From positions 224,001 through 288,000 of the forward strand of contig CAVTMK010000004.1 of the NCBI GenBank assembly GCA_963735805.1: a DNA stretch of 64,000 nucleotides, given 5' to 3'. The notes below the pieces were generated by a model that ran no database searches, was not told the origin of the DNA, and saw only the letters and a program-made list of their open reading frames with translations. The translations under genes were made by a program, and so were the position numbers. Every line of letters starts with the position of its first letter. Positions within the stretch are counted from its first letter, which is position 1. Shown here piece after piece: positions 1 to 10,253 of this stretch. Source of the stretch: an uncultured Verrucomicrobiae bacterium. GTDB lineage: Bacteria; Verrucomicrobiota; Verrucomicrobiia; Chthoniobacterales; UBA10450.

Positions 1-924
1 AAAGCACGGCGTATTCTTTTTATCGTTATTGTAGTGGAAGGTTACTGGCTTGAGCGCCAGAATGACTTCGCTGGTCTTGTCCATTGGCTGAATGTCATGT
101 TTGTAGCGGCGGGACGAGGGAAAGGTGCCCAGGTTGTTATTTGAATCGATAACCACGGCAGTGGTGCTGCCGGGGTCCCCAGTGGGCTCACCGAAGATGC
201 TGCCGATGAAGCAGGTGGGACCAAGGTCAGCATAAATGCCTGCAGCGGGGGCCCCGATTGCGATTATGTTACTGCTGTGTACGACGCCAATGCCGGCGTT
301 GTGGCCTATAGCGACGTTGTCATGGCCATCGACGATCGAATTTCCGGCCTCTTTACCAATAGCGGTGTTTGAATTTCCGGTTGTGTTACTGTCGAGCGCG
401 TCATCCCCCATGGCTGTGTTTTCGACACCCATCGTGTTTGATTCCATGGCGTCATCGCCGAACGCATCATTTTCGTCGCCATCCACATTGCTCAGTAGGC
501 AGTTGCGACCATGAGCGTTGTTGAACTCTGCCAACCCGGCCGCGTCTGAGTCGTTGTTAAATAGGGCGAAAGTCCCGAATGCGTTGTTAAAGGAGGCAAC
601 GCTATTATTTAAGAGCGCGCCCGCGCCAACGGCTGTATTCGTGCCCGCCGTGTCGAGAAGCAGCGCGCCCGCGCCAACACCCGTGTCAAAGCTGTTATCG
701 CTTAGACTCAGAACTGAATAGAAGCCAATTCCCGTATTGTATATGCCGGTGGTGAGGCTGGAAAGGGCGAGTAGCCCATCCGCCGTGTTGCCTCCTGCTA
801 AGGCGGTGTCCGGCGTCGTCGGCTCCGCCCCTTTCGATATTGGGCAAAGTCCAAAACACCCAAGCGCAAACACCACGAGAAATACTGAAGTTAATCTTTT
901 TACATGAATAAATGGATTCATCAT
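1..924 (-). CDS. Secreted tail-fibre-like beta-helix repeat protein with C-terminal Peptidase_S74-type intramolecular chaperone domain (3' end outside window)
   Basis: Not in the ORF track; translated by hand from ATG 924: MMNPFIHVKRLTSVFLVVFALGCFGLCP (signal-like), repeated NTA[VM]GxxAL units, then SSRRYKHDIQPMDKTSEVILALKPVTFHY; open to position 1. Confidence 0.85.
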   Translation of the reverse strand, partial: MMNPFIHVKRLTSVFLVVFALGCFGLCPISKGAEPTTPDTALAGGNTADGLLALSSLTTGIYNTGIGFYSVLSLSDNSFDTGVGAGALLLDTAGTNTAVGAGALLNNSVASFNNAFGTFALFNNDSDAAGLAEFNNAHGRNCLLSNVDGDENDAFGDDAMESNTMGVENTAMGDDALDSNTTGNSNTAIGKEAGNSIVDGHDNVAIGHNAGIGVVHSSNIIAIGAPAAGIYADLGPTCFIGSIFGEPTGDPGSTTAVVIDSNNNLGTFPSSRRYKHDIQPMDKTSEVILALKPVTFHYNNDKKNTPCF

Positions 925-1171
925 TTTTTCTTTCCTCTTCCCCGCTGAGTTAACTGGTTGGTTTTGGGGTCCGAACGCGGCGAAGAACCCAGCGGGAGAA
1001 TGTGCTCCGCCTGATTCAGATCTTTTCGTAGGCGTGTTTATGAAAACCGTCCGAAATTGTCTAGTCAGGTGCGACCTACTTGTGGTGTAGGTGTTGCACT
1101 GACTCCGGTGACTCGAACTTTAGCCGCTCGAAGCTCAGGCTTTTGGGTTCTCAGGCAGTTACGCTGGCTTG

Positions 1172-4100
1172 TTAGGATTTCCCTTGCGCTTCGAGTAATA
1201 CTGACAGCCAATCGGGGGCTTCGATATCAAGGTGGCCTTTTAGAATGTCGCGAATGAAACAGCCGAAATCCCCATCACAATCGGTGCAAAACTTCTCCAT
1301 GGTGTATGCACCGAGCATCCGATAGCTCTCGAATTGTGACTCGGAAAAGAACTGATCGCTCGTGCTCTCGTGGGGGAATGTAGGATTGGTCTTGAAATAT
1401 TCGTAGATATCGCGGGGCTCGTCGCCGTAGCAGGCCGGCTTGATATAAACCACGATGCCATCGGGAGCATCGTCGCCGTCGACCACTGAGTAGCGAATTC
1501 GACCCACTGCGCAGTTGTGACCAGGAGTTTTTAGCGTGTCGATTGCGCTGCGAGGATAGATGGTCATTGTGCCGAACTCGATCGGGATTCCAAAGTCGAT
1601 ACGAATTTTCCGAACCGCTTCGCCGAGATCGACAAAGGCACATTCCGGGTCCTCACCTCCATCACTTACGACGATAAAATGACATCGGCGCAGCACCATC
1701 TCGTAAAGGCCGAGATTCTCGAAATGGCCGCCGTCTGACAGGTTTACATACTTGTAACGGTCGGTGGTATTTCCGAGCGCTTCAGAAAACAGTGGTCCTA
1801 CGGAATACCGTGGTCCCTTTCGACGCCAGGTTGTAGCCCCTGGCGATCCCGGGTTTCCCAACCACCAGCCCAGGCGGACATTAAAAAGCGTCATTAAAAG
1901 ACCGAGCACTGGCGAGGAATGGTAGCCCATATTGGGATTGGCCGCCGCGCCCGAAATAGCCATTGCTGTTCCGAGTGTGATCGCTTCCCCATAATCGGTG
2001 GATGGTCTGTAACCGACTTTAAAAGAACCGCAGTGTAGCCGGCTCATAGTGAAGGATTCAGCCTTGCGCTCCTGCCACGCTAGTTGCTCGCCTCTGACCA
2101 CATTGAGCGCTCCGTTCAGCACATGAAGAGGCTTGTCGGAAGATAAGTCGCCCAGCTTGATGTTGTCGTCGGGATCAAAGCCCGTAAACAGATTTGGGTT
2201 CCGGGTTGTGCGGGAGGCGGCAAGATACGCGCGAATCAGACGATTCCGGTAGGTGGCGTGCAGAGAGAACTTGTTCGCATTGATAAAAAAACCAATGACG
2301 ATTCCGAAAAGCAACATGACGCACGTGAGAAACACGACAACGAACAGCTGAATACGCCAGGAATTTGGGTCTGTGATTTGCTCCGGTGTCCCGCCTAAAA
2401 GCCACGCAGTAGTGTGTTGTGCCCAAGGCTGCGATCCAATCAATACGAGCGCCCAGGAAATTATGATTGCCAGCAGCACAAAGAAAACGACCGCGACAAC
2501 AATCAGAATCCATTGAACGCCGGCTTTCTCGCCAAACTTACTACTCAGCTTAGATCGGATAGCGAGGAAGGCACTGATGAGACCGGTCACGCCTCCAAAC
2601 GCGCCAAGAAGACCTTTTGCCTGCGGTGTCGCCTTTACCTCGCCGAGAAAAACACCCAGTCGATTTGGCGTTGCGGAAATAGCCTGGGCACCCCAAAGAA
2701 CGATTGCGTTGATCACGATCCAGCCAAAGATCGTGATGAGAATCCAAGCCGCTGATCGTCCCCACCATTCGCGATCTTCATCTTCTGTCACCCAACTGGT
2801 GAGGCCAGTAAACAGGAAATTAACTAACAGCAGCACTGCCAGGATCAGCGCGGGCGCGAAACAGACGTATTTGACGGCATTGCTCGCAGGCGCTGGCAGC
2901 GGGAAACGGTCGGGAAGCCTCTGATTTGGTTTAAGCTGCAATGAATCAATGTCTTTGTCGGTTATGCGCCCCGTACCTTGAGGAGTCTCGATAGTGAATA
3001 CTTTCTGGATTTGCGTTATGACGACCCGACTGCCCGCTGCGAACTTCGTTTTCTCTCTATTCCAGGGAGTCGGCCAGGGAGTTGGAAGCGCTTCGCAATC
3101 GTGCTCCAATGTGTATTGAATCGGAGGCTTTTCGTCTGGTTTAAGTTCCAAGGGACCGAGATCGTTCTCGCTGATGCGCCCCTTCTTCTCAGGTGTTTCG
3201 ATGGTATATCTTCTCTCGATTTGGGTAATGACGCCCTGAGTGCCTTGTGGGATCTTTATTTTCTGTTTACTCCAGGGGATGGGCGTCACCTCGCAGTCCC
3301 GGCTCAATGTGAATTGGATAGGAGGTTCTAAAAACATTCGAGTCGCGATCATCCACAGACAAGAACCTGCGACGACCGCTGCCAGCGCGATGACAGTGAG
3401 TCGCCAGAGCGAATCGAAGACGCGTCCTCGCCGCTTTTGCTTACGGAAGGCAAGAATAAGCGTCGCAAAGACGCCACCGGTTAGGTAGCTGGCAACGGTG
3501 AACAGGATAAATCTGGATAACCAGTCGCCGGCTACAAACGGTTCGCTACCGTGAACATTGCGCAGCAAAGCCCACCATTCCGCCAGCACGAGGGACGCGA
3601 TGACTAATGGAAGCTGGCGAAATTCCAAAAAGCGACGTTGTGGCAATCGCGCATTGCCCGTGGAAGGAACATCGATGATTGCATAGGCCATCGCTACCGC
3701 AATCGAGGCGCCTCCAATTGCCAGCAGAATGTTGAGCCAGATGTCCCAATCGTGCTTTACCTGATTCGCCATTTGCGCGTACTTTGCGGGGTCCATGTCG
3801 AGGCCCCAGGCAGGCCAGTTCGGTTGCAGGTTGATTGCCGCAAGATATAACCTGGGGATCATCATTGCGGCTGCCAGCCACGAGATCAACACCAACCAGT
3901 TTAAGAACATGTTGCGTACGAACGTTGTAATCAGCGTCCAAAAATCGACAGAGGTCAGACCGGTTCGCGGCGCCAGGTAATTGCTGAACTCTCGGAGATG
4001 CCGGACCGGCTGCGGCTCAGGCTCCAGGGTAGAATCGGGCCTGCTCTTCAGCTCTCCGACAACGCCGCTGATGCCATCGGGATCATTCTTGATCCACGCG

Positions 4101-4417
4101 CTTAGCCAACTGCCAATGTAGCCACCGCCCGAGACAGTGGACAGGTAGTGAAACTTATCGAGTAGCCCGCAACGTGCCAGGCCCTGCAAAATTCCAAGTC
4201 CAAACGTGGCGCTCCGGATGCCGCCACCCGAGATGCAGAGCGCTGCGCGTTTTTCCTTCAATGCGTGAACTGCCGCCCATAACCCTTTTAGTTGCGTTTC
4301 GGGTTCGCTCGCGCTCGGATAATCGGAAGGCAGCTCGCCATGCAGAGCGACGTACTCGGCTTGTAATGCTTGATGCAATCGCAGCGTCGCATCAGTCGAT
4401 GAAGCTTCTTTCGCCAT
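1172..4417 (-). CDS. Membrane-embedded patatin/cPLA2-like phospholipase
   Basis: ALCISGGGIRSA oxyanion motif, YLSTVSGGGY nucleophile elbow, DGGHFENLG; many TM helices; start MAKEAS at 4417 preferred. Confidence 0.85.
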   Translation of the reverse strand: MAKEASSTDATLRLHQALQAEYVALHGELPSDYPSASEPETQLKGLWAAVHALKEKRAALCISGGGIRSATFGLGILQGLARCGLLDKFHYLSTVSGGGYIGSWLSAWIKNDPDGISGVVGELKSRPDSTLEPEPQPVRHLREFSNYLAPRTGLTSVDFWTLITTFVRNMFLNWLVLISWLAAAMMIPRLYLAAINLQPNWPAWGLDMDPAKYAQMANQVKHDWDIWLNILLAIGGASIAVAMAYAIIDVPSTGNARLPQRRFLEFRQLPLVIASLVLAEWWALLRNVHGSEPFVAGDWLSRFILFTVASYLTGGVFATLILAFRKQKRRGRVFDSLWRLTVIALAAVVAGSCLWMIATRMFLEPPIQFTLSRDCEVTPIPWSKQKIKIPQGTQGVITQIERRYTIETPEKKGRISENDLGPLELKPDEKPPIQYTLEHDCEALPTPWPTPWNREKTKFAAGSRVVITQIQKVFTIETPQGTGRITDKDIDSLQLKPNQRLPDRFPLPAPASNAVKYVCFAPALILAVLLLVNFLFTGLTSWVTEDEDREWWGRSAAWILITIFGWIVINAIVLWGAQAISATPNRLGVFLGEVKATPQAKGLLGAFGGVTGLISAFLAIRSKLSSKFGEKAGVQWILIVVAVVFFVLLAIIISWALVLIGSQPWAQHTTAWLLGGTPEQITDPNSWRIQLFVVVFLTCVMLLFGIVIGFFINANKFSLHATYRNRLIRAYLAASRTTRNPNLFTGFDPDDNIKLGDLSSDKPLHVLNGALNVVRGEQLAWQERKAESFTMSRLHCGSFKVGYRPSTDYGEAITLGTAMAISGAAANPNMGYHSSPVLGLLMTLFNVRLGWWLGNPGSPGATTWRRKGPRYSVGPLFSEALGNTTDRYKYVNLSDGGHFENLGLYEMVLRRCHFIVVSDGGEDPECAFVDLGEAVRKIRIDFGIPIEFGTMTIYPRSAIDTLKTPGHNCAVGRIRYSVVDGDDAPDGIVVYIKPACYGDEPRDIYEYFKTNPTFPHESTSDQFFSESQFESYRMLGAYTMEKFCTDCDGDFGCFIRDILKGHLDIEAPDWLSVLLEAQGKS

Positions 4418-4628
4418 GGCGCGCAAACGGGGCGGTCTGCGAACCAGCCTTTATCAAGATTGCGGCGACCCGTCAATCACAGCCACCATCGCCCCTTCTG
4501 AATTCGCTTTTCCCGGTCAAGTCGCGGCGACCGTAGAAAATGACAGTGGTACGCTCGCAGATTTTGCTTTGTAGCCGGAAACACAGGTGAGCGGGGCCTA
4601 ATGTGACCCACCCCTTGTTGGCCGAAAA

Positions 4629-4664
4629 CGTAGGAAACGCTTACGAGCGTCAGAACAATTTACG
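4629..4664. promoter_or_regulatory. Two tandem CGT-N11-ACG sites, putative bEBP enhancer (UAS)
   Basis: CGTAGGAAACGCTTACG (4629-4645) and CGTCAGAACAATTTACG (4648-4664), about 100-135 bp upstream of a sigma54 site. Confidence 0.5.
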
Positions 4665-4762
4665 ATTCGGCACTCAATACTTTGAAATCGGGGGTCGTTC
4701 TTTGGAATTGTAACACACTGGTAAACAGCTATTTATTAACCGTCTTTGGGATTCCCGCGTTT

Positions 4763-4780
4763 CAGGCACAAGGATTGCTT
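4763..4780 (+). promoter_or_regulatory. sigma54 (-24/-12) promoter
   Basis: CAGGCACAAGGATTGCTT: GG 4765-66, N10, GC 4777-78; matches TGGCAC-N5-TTGC except the first base. Confidence 0.7.
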
Positions 4781-4790
4781 TCTGTAAGGT

Positions 4791-5330
4791 ATGAAGATCA
4801 GCACATTTCCGAGAAGCAAACTCTTGCTTTGCATCGCCATTTGCGCGGCAGCACTTGCGGCCAGCCAGAACGCCAATGCCCTTAGCATTGGAGATTCCCA
4901 CGAACTGGGATTCCTGTTGCCGAGTGGTTCATCAGGTAATCAAAGCACTTATGTAAACCATTTAATGGGCATGGCTCTTGGTTCCATCGATATCGCCAAT
5001 GGCCAGATCTATTTTCGTTCAAACAATGCTTTTGGTCCTTTGCCTACGGCTGTCCAAGCCCTTTCCGGGAGTGGGACAACTATAAATCTAGGTAGTGGTG
5101 GTTTGTATACGTATCTGCTTGCGAATTACGCTGGCTTCGGCTCTGAAGTCTGGTACGTCGGTGATTTGCATGGAATTATCACGATTCCCGGCTTCGGAAA
5201 TGGGTGTCTCCTTACTAAATGGTCGCTTTTTCGCGCGGGTGTAGGAGTTCCTGACGGTGGCACCACAGTCATGTTGCTCGGTGTAGCCCTCGGTGCCCTC
5301 GGCGTGGCCCGGCGTTACATAATGAGCTAG
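4791..5330 (+). CDS. VPDSG-CTERM (PEP-CTERM variant) exosortase-target protein
   Basis: Signal peptide; C-terminus VPDGGTTVMLLGVALGALGVARRYIMS (motif + TM + Arg cluster). Confidence 0.9.
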   Translation: MKISTFPRSKLLLCIAICAAALAASQNANALSIGDSHELGFLLPSGSSGNQSTYVNHLMGMALGSIDIANGQIYFRSNNAFGPLPTAVQALSGSGTTINLGSGGLYTYLLANYAGFGSEVWYVGDLHGIITIPGFGNGCLLTKWSLFRAGVGVPDGGTTVMLLGVALGALGVARRYIMS

Positions 5331-5405
5331 GAGAAAGGCGTGTTTCCTTCCCACAACGTCTTCAGCTAAATGGCGCGTCAGGACCATTAAGGATGGTAAT
5401 TTTCT

Positions 5406-5681
5406 TTGGAATGCCTCGTGCACACTATGCTTTTCTGCTTGCTTGGTGCCACCACACTTCTTAGCACGATCACAGGATTTCTTGAACCTCGCGGGGGAAC
5501 ATTCCTTAAGACATTCGGGGGACAAATCGTGCAGGGAATGCTCGGCATTGCCTGCTTTTTCCTTGTGGGAGTTGCTTTCTTGCGCTTCGGCTGGACGATA
5601 GCCCTTCTTGATCTTCTTCTTGTTATTGTTGGCTCAAATGTAGGTCTCGCGCTGCAGAGAGTCCGGCTGCCTGGACGGTAG
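5406..5681 (+). CDS. Small hydrophobic membrane protein, hypothetical
   Basis: 91-aa ORF with 3 hydrophobic segments; start uncertain. Confidence 0.5.
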   Translation: MECLVHTMLFCLLGATTLLSTITGFLEPRGGTFLKTFGGQIVQGMLGIACFFLVGVAFLRFGWTIALLDLLLVIVGSNVGLALQRVRLPGR

Positions 5682-5880
5682 CCTCTGCCAGAAGCGTTTT
5701 AAGCCGTATCGCAAGGTTTTTCATGGGCTTTTTAAGAGAGCTATCGGTCCGCTGAGGTAAAGAGAACACGTTCGCCGCGTAACGGCTTGGAGCCCCGCTC
5801 GGTCGCCACGCTGACCTGTTGTGCCTTGCTACGTCCACTAGCTTTTATTTCGTCACGAAACGCGCTATATGTCGCGTTGT

Positions 5881-5954
5881 GCGCCCGTAGCTCAGCCGGA
5901 CAGAGCAACGGATTTCTAATCCGTGGGTCGGGTGTTCGAGTCACCCCGGGCGCG
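5881..5954 (+). tRNA. tRNA-Arg (anticodon TCT)
   Basis: Acceptor GCGCCCG/CGGGCGC, D arm TAGCTCAG..GGACAGAGC, anticodon stem ACGGA/TCCGT with loop TTTCTAA, T loop GTTCGAGTC; CCA not encoded. Confidence 0.95.
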
Positions 5955-6086
5955 GATCCTTTTTATGCCTTAAGTTCGCAGATTTCTTGAGGGATTTCGG
6001 CAATGGCCTGTCCATAACGTCATCAATGCACAGGAAAAAACAGCGCGGCCAATGTGTTAACACTGACCGCGCTGAAGCCTTGCCTT

Positions 6087-6175
6087 GCCGCGCCTAACCG
6101 CGCCTTTGCCGGGCAATGCCGCGCCTACCGGGCAGCGCCGCGCCTTAACCGGGACACGTCGCGCCTTACTGGGCC
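6087..6175. repeat. Five degenerate direct repeats [CT]CGCGCCTW(A)...
   Basis: Copies start at 6088, 6098, 6119, 6138, 6159. Confidence 0.6.
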
Positions 6176-6729
6176 GCGTAAGTATTACTACGGATTGTTA
6201 GCGACAAAGTTTCAGCCAACAACAATCTGGCGGGAAAAAGGAATTGAATGGCTCGCTACTCCGGTCGCGAGCAGGATTCATTTTTTTCTTTTTTGGCCCC
6301 TGCGCTGTATGAGATTTGAATTCCTTTTGGTGTGAAGCCGAATCTTTTGAGGCTCGCCGCCGCTACAGATCCTGCTCTCCTCTGACCAAAGACCGGCGTG
6401 CAGCCGCAGTGTTCTAGCTACGAGATTCCTGATCTTCGGCCTGACTACGTTGGTCGGTGGCCTGTTTCCCTCTCGGAGTCTCAGGAGTTCCATTCGTGCC
6501 CGGCGCATCGAATAATTTGATTGAATCAGCGACTGCCGCGGATTCCGAATGGTTTCGCCGGTTTGTTTCAGACAGGGCAAAAATCTCCCGGAAGATCTCC
6601 GCCAAACGCTCCGCTCGCTCGTCTGGGACAGTCATCATGTTGCAGACGCCCCTTGCGCAAAATTTTGTCTGCCCTCGGGCTCGCTTTTTGATCGGAGGCG
6701 CGCAATTGCTCGCATGGGTTCCTCCCACT

Positions 6730-9273
6730 TTATTCGGTTCGTAACGCCGTCATTGGATTCACCCGAGTAGCGCGGCTCGCCGGAAAGAAACACGCAACAA
6801 GCGCGGCAGTTGCGAGCAACAAACTTGCGATGATGAGCGCCAGCGGATCGGTTGGACTTACTTGATACAAGATTTTGGCCAGGACGCGCCCTGCCCCCAA
6901 TGAAAGAACAAGCCCGATGCCGACGGCGAGAGCCGTTTGCATCGCCGCTTGTCGCATAATAAGGGCGAACACGTCGCGCCGATGGGCACCTAGTGCCATG
7001 CGGATTCCGATTTCCCGGGTCCGGCACGCGACGGAATAAGCTTTTACGCCATACACACCCACGACAGCCAGCAACAGGGCGATTGTGCCAAAAGCCCCGA
7101 AAAGAGTGGCTCCAAGTTTAACGATCCAAAGATTTGGCGACCTTTCCATCAGATCCACATACGGGACCATCTGCAGCAGCGGCAGATCGGGATCGAACTC
7201 GCGCAGGGTTTGTCGGAGCGTGGGCATGAACGCGATGACGGCACGCCGATCTTGCGTGTTGAGCCGTACATGCAGATAGGTCTGGCCGCTGTATCCCTGC
7301 GACAACGGGACAAACACACGGCAAATGACGGAATCGTTCTGAACGTCGTGTCGGTGCTTGCTCACGACACCGACTATTTCCATATCGTTAGGCGAGCCAT
7401 CCTTTGGAGGTTGCGTGTAGCGGATATGTTGACCAATCGGGTCTTCGTTCGGGAAAAGCTTTTTCGACATTTCTTCGTCGATGATCGCTACGCGGCGCGC
7501 CTCTTTGTTTTCGCACTCGTCCTGAGTGAAATCGCGACCCCGCAGGAGTTTTATGCCCAGCGCCTCGCAGTAGCCGGGCGTGATAGCGGTGTACAGCGAG
7601 TTAACGCTCGGGTCCGGCGCCTTCGGATCGTTAGGCATGGTGTCTTTTGTGCGAAGAACGCGGCGCGCGGTGGTGAAATCGGAATACGGCAGCATGGTGC
7701 CGATCGCTGAGGCAGTTACGCCGGGCAATTTTCGTAGGCGTTGTATCATCTCAAACATCAACCGACGCGAATCAACCGGCGCCTTTTTGATCAGGGTGAA
7801 ATCGAACTCAGTAATGAGATCGCCGGGCGCGATAAACCCTGGGTTAAGTCCAGCTGCTTTGAGCGCGCCCCGAAAGAATAATCCCGCCGCGAAAAGCAAC
7901 ATCAGCGAGAGCGCGATTTGCGCCATTACGGAAATATGACGCGGTGCAAAGAAACGACTCAAGCGGCCGATCCGGGCCGGTTCGCCGACCTGTTCCTTAA
8001 GGTCATTAACGAGATCGACCTTGGTTGCCTTCAGCGCCGGGCCGAGGCTGAAAAGCATTGTCGCGATGAGGCAAAAGAACAATGTGACTGCAAGGACCGC
8101 CGCATCCGGGTGCAGTTTGACGACGAAGGAAAAATTCACGGACGAAAGCAGGCCGCGCAGTTGTTGAAATAAAAGGTCGTTGCACCAGGCGCTGAAGAGG
8201 AGGCCGATGGCGCCGCCACAAAGGGCTAGCAGAAATCCTTCGCACAACAGCTGCCTGACAATTTGCCAGCGTGACGCGCCGACAGCCAGACGGACTGCGA
8301 TTTCCCTCGAGCGCGATGTGCCGCGCGCGAGCAGCATGTTCGCGAGATTCAGGCACGCGATGAGCAGGACCGCGCCGGCCATCGCCATGAGCAATGTCGC
8401 GACCAACGTGATTGGGCCGTCGTCCTCCGGTTGGGTGCTCAGGCTGAATCGCGATGGCGTTTGAATTTGCAACTCCCGCGCACCTTCGCTGCCCTCTGGT
8501 TGGGTTGCGTTCAATCGTTGGGCCAGAACGGGCAAACGCGCTTTCGCCGCCTCCATCGTCAGGCCGGGACGCAGCCGCGCCGTAAGATTGAACGTGTAAT
8601 TCTTCGGATTTAACAGGTCGTGCGTTGCTTCGGAATCGCCGAAAGCTGAACCGAGCTGCGAACGAATGCCGATCGGCACCCAGATATCGGGCGCGACCAA
8701 CGCGCTCGCGCCGCTGAATCCGTCCGGCGCGATGCCGATGACGGTGTAAGGTTGCCCGTTGATGTGAAGCGTGCTGCCGACAAAATCATTGCGGCCGCCG
8801 TTGCGCTTCCAAAAACCGTAGCTTGCCACGACCACAGCCAGGTTCGCATTTGGTCTGCATTCCTCGGCGTTATAAAACCGGCCGCGAAACGGCCGCACGC
8901 CCATCATTGGGAAATAATTCTCCGAAGTCAGAAAAGCGAAGCTGCGCCGCATTTCGTGGTCACGCCCGATGCCTGCGACCGCGAACTCGAGCGCGGCAAC
9001 ATTGACAAACAAGTCTCCGCCGTTCTCGCGCAGCTCGCGGTATTCGTTGTAGGAAAACTGGCGGTAATCGTGGGTCGCATTCTGTCGAGCCGTGAACACA
9101 TTCACGACTTCGTTGGGCCGAACCGGCACTACCGGCTTCAGCACGACTCCATTGATTAGGGCAAAAATGGCCGAGTTAACGCCGATCGCCATCGCAAGCG
9201 TCAACACTGCCACCATCGTGAATCCCGGCGTCTTGAGAAGTTGCCGCACAGCAAACCTGAAATCCTGGATCAT
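6730..9273 (-). CDS. ABC transporter permease, duplicated MacB/FtsX (ADOP-like)
   Basis: MIQDFRFAVRQLLKTPGF start; LLIACLNLANMLLARG..REIAVRLAVGA; second REIGIRMALGA; NPMTALRTE end. Confidence 0.92.
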   Translation of the reverse strand: MIQDFRFAVRQLLKTPGFTMVAVLTLAMAIGVNSAIFALINGVVLKPVVPVRPNEVVNVFTARQNATHDYRQFSYNEYRELRENGGDLFVNVAALEFAVAGIGRDHEMRRSFAFLTSENYFPMMGVRPFRGRFYNAEECRPNANLAVVVASYGFWKRNGGRNDFVGSTLHINGQPYTVIGIAPDGFSGASALVAPDIWVPIGIRSQLGSAFGDSEATHDLLNPKNYTFNLTARLRPGLTMEAAKARLPVLAQRLNATQPEGSEGARELQIQTPSRFSLSTQPEDDGPITLVATLLMAMAGAVLLIACLNLANMLLARGTSRSREIAVRLAVGASRWQIVRQLLCEGFLLALCGGAIGLLFSAWCNDLLFQQLRGLLSSVNFSFVVKLHPDAAVLAVTLFFCLIATMLFSLGPALKATKVDLVNDLKEQVGEPARIGRLSRFFAPRHISVMAQIALSLMLLFAAGLFFRGALKAAGLNPGFIAPGDLITEFDFTLIKKAPVDSRRLMFEMIQRLRKLPGVTASAIGTMLPYSDFTTARRVLRTKDTMPNDPKAPDPSVNSLYTAITPGYCEALGIKLLRGRDFTQDECENKEARRVAIIDEEMSKKLFPNEDPIGQHIRYTQPPKDGSPNDMEIVGVVSKHRHDVQNDSVICRVFVPLSQGYSGQTYLHVRLNTQDRRAVIAFMPTLRQTLREFDPDLPLLQMVPYVDLMERSPNLWIVKLGATLFGAFGTIALLLAVVGVYGVKAYSVACRTREIGIRMALGAHRRDVFALIMRQAAMQTALAVGIGLVLSLGAGRVLAKILYQVSPTDPLALIIASLLLATAALVACFFPASRATRVNPMTALRTE

Positions 9274-9485
9274 GACGATTGTTCCTTTGTTTCCACTGAG
9301 ATGCAGGCTGCATGGACTTTGGATTCAACAGTTGCGCGGGGTGCGAAATATTTTTGCCTTAACGACGGGCGTCATCACCCGATCGATCGCCACAAATGCG
9401 GTCGCTACAGCGTAACCTGTAGGGATTCAGGCCGCTGATACCTTTCACGGAGCCATGCGTGCATCGAGTCCAGCTCGGGCACATT

Positions 9486-10169
9486 CTACCAGACAAATGG
9501 TATGAGTCTGTAGCGGACTTCTTCTGTGTAGGCTTCGTAGCCTTTTAATTCGCGCTTCAAGAACCGTTCCTCGAGTACACTTCGCACTGCTAATACCGCG
9601 ATGGGAACGACTGCCAGAACGGCGGCAACATATGACTGTAGCCACAGGGCTGGGCCTATCGCCATCGGGACAAAGCCTGCATACATCGGATGCCGCACGA
9701 CCGTATAGATACCAGTGTCGATGACTCGTTGGTGCCTTTCTTCCTGGAGCCTGACGACTGGCACGGCAAACGGATTGGCTTTCATTGCGAGAGTCATGAT
9801 CCACCAACCCGCTACATAAAGCGGAAGCCCAACGCACGAAATGAGCGCACCCGGTCTTGGCAAAACATGAAATCGAAACACATCAAGCGGAATAAAGATG
9901 ATCTGCCCGACGTACGAGACGACCAGCAGAATTACGAGCGCTCGGTCCCACAGCGGTTGTCCCTTTTGTATGATCCCCTTGGCGCGCTGGGAGAAGAGGT
10001 CAGCGCTATCAGGTAAAATGCTGAAGATGGCCGCAGCCATCACAATCACGGTAACAGCCAGGAACGCCCATGCCCGCCACCAGCGCAACGTGCCAGCCGG
10101 CACAAAGAGCAGGAGCGCGTAAAACGCGACGTTGAAGACAACACCAGCAATGACTTTGGGAACGGACAT
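9486..10169 (-). CDS. Isoprenylcysteine carboxylmethyltransferase/PEMT family membrane protein
   Basis: VIDTGIYTVVRHPMYAG and EERFL...GY..Y...VRYRLIP motifs. Confidence 0.88.
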   Translation of the reverse strand: MSVPKVIAGVVFNVAFYALLLFVPAGTLRWWRAWAFLAVTVIVMAAAIFSILPDSADLFSQRAKGIIQKGQPLWDRALVILLVVSYVGQIIFIPLDVFRFHVLPRPGALISCVGLPLYVAGWWIMTLAMKANPFAVPVVRLQEERHQRVIDTGIYTVVRHPMYAGFVPMAIGPALWLQSYVAAVLAVVPIAVLAVRSVLEERFLKRELKGYEAYTEEVRYRLIPFVW

Positions 10170-10253
10170 CGCGTGGTCGGGAAGTAATTAGCAATTAGCA
10201 ATCAGCAATCCGTGCTGAGAATGCTATGACGAACCCTAACATGAACCGACCGG

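Noticed and set aside
6414..6728. 104-aa minus-strand ORF after the ABC permease
   Set aside because: No recognisable motif and several overlapping ORFs of similar size; cannot choose one.
5881..6729. Genomic island integrated at tRNA-Arg
   Set aside because: No integrase and no duplicate of the tRNA 3' end noticed in the window.
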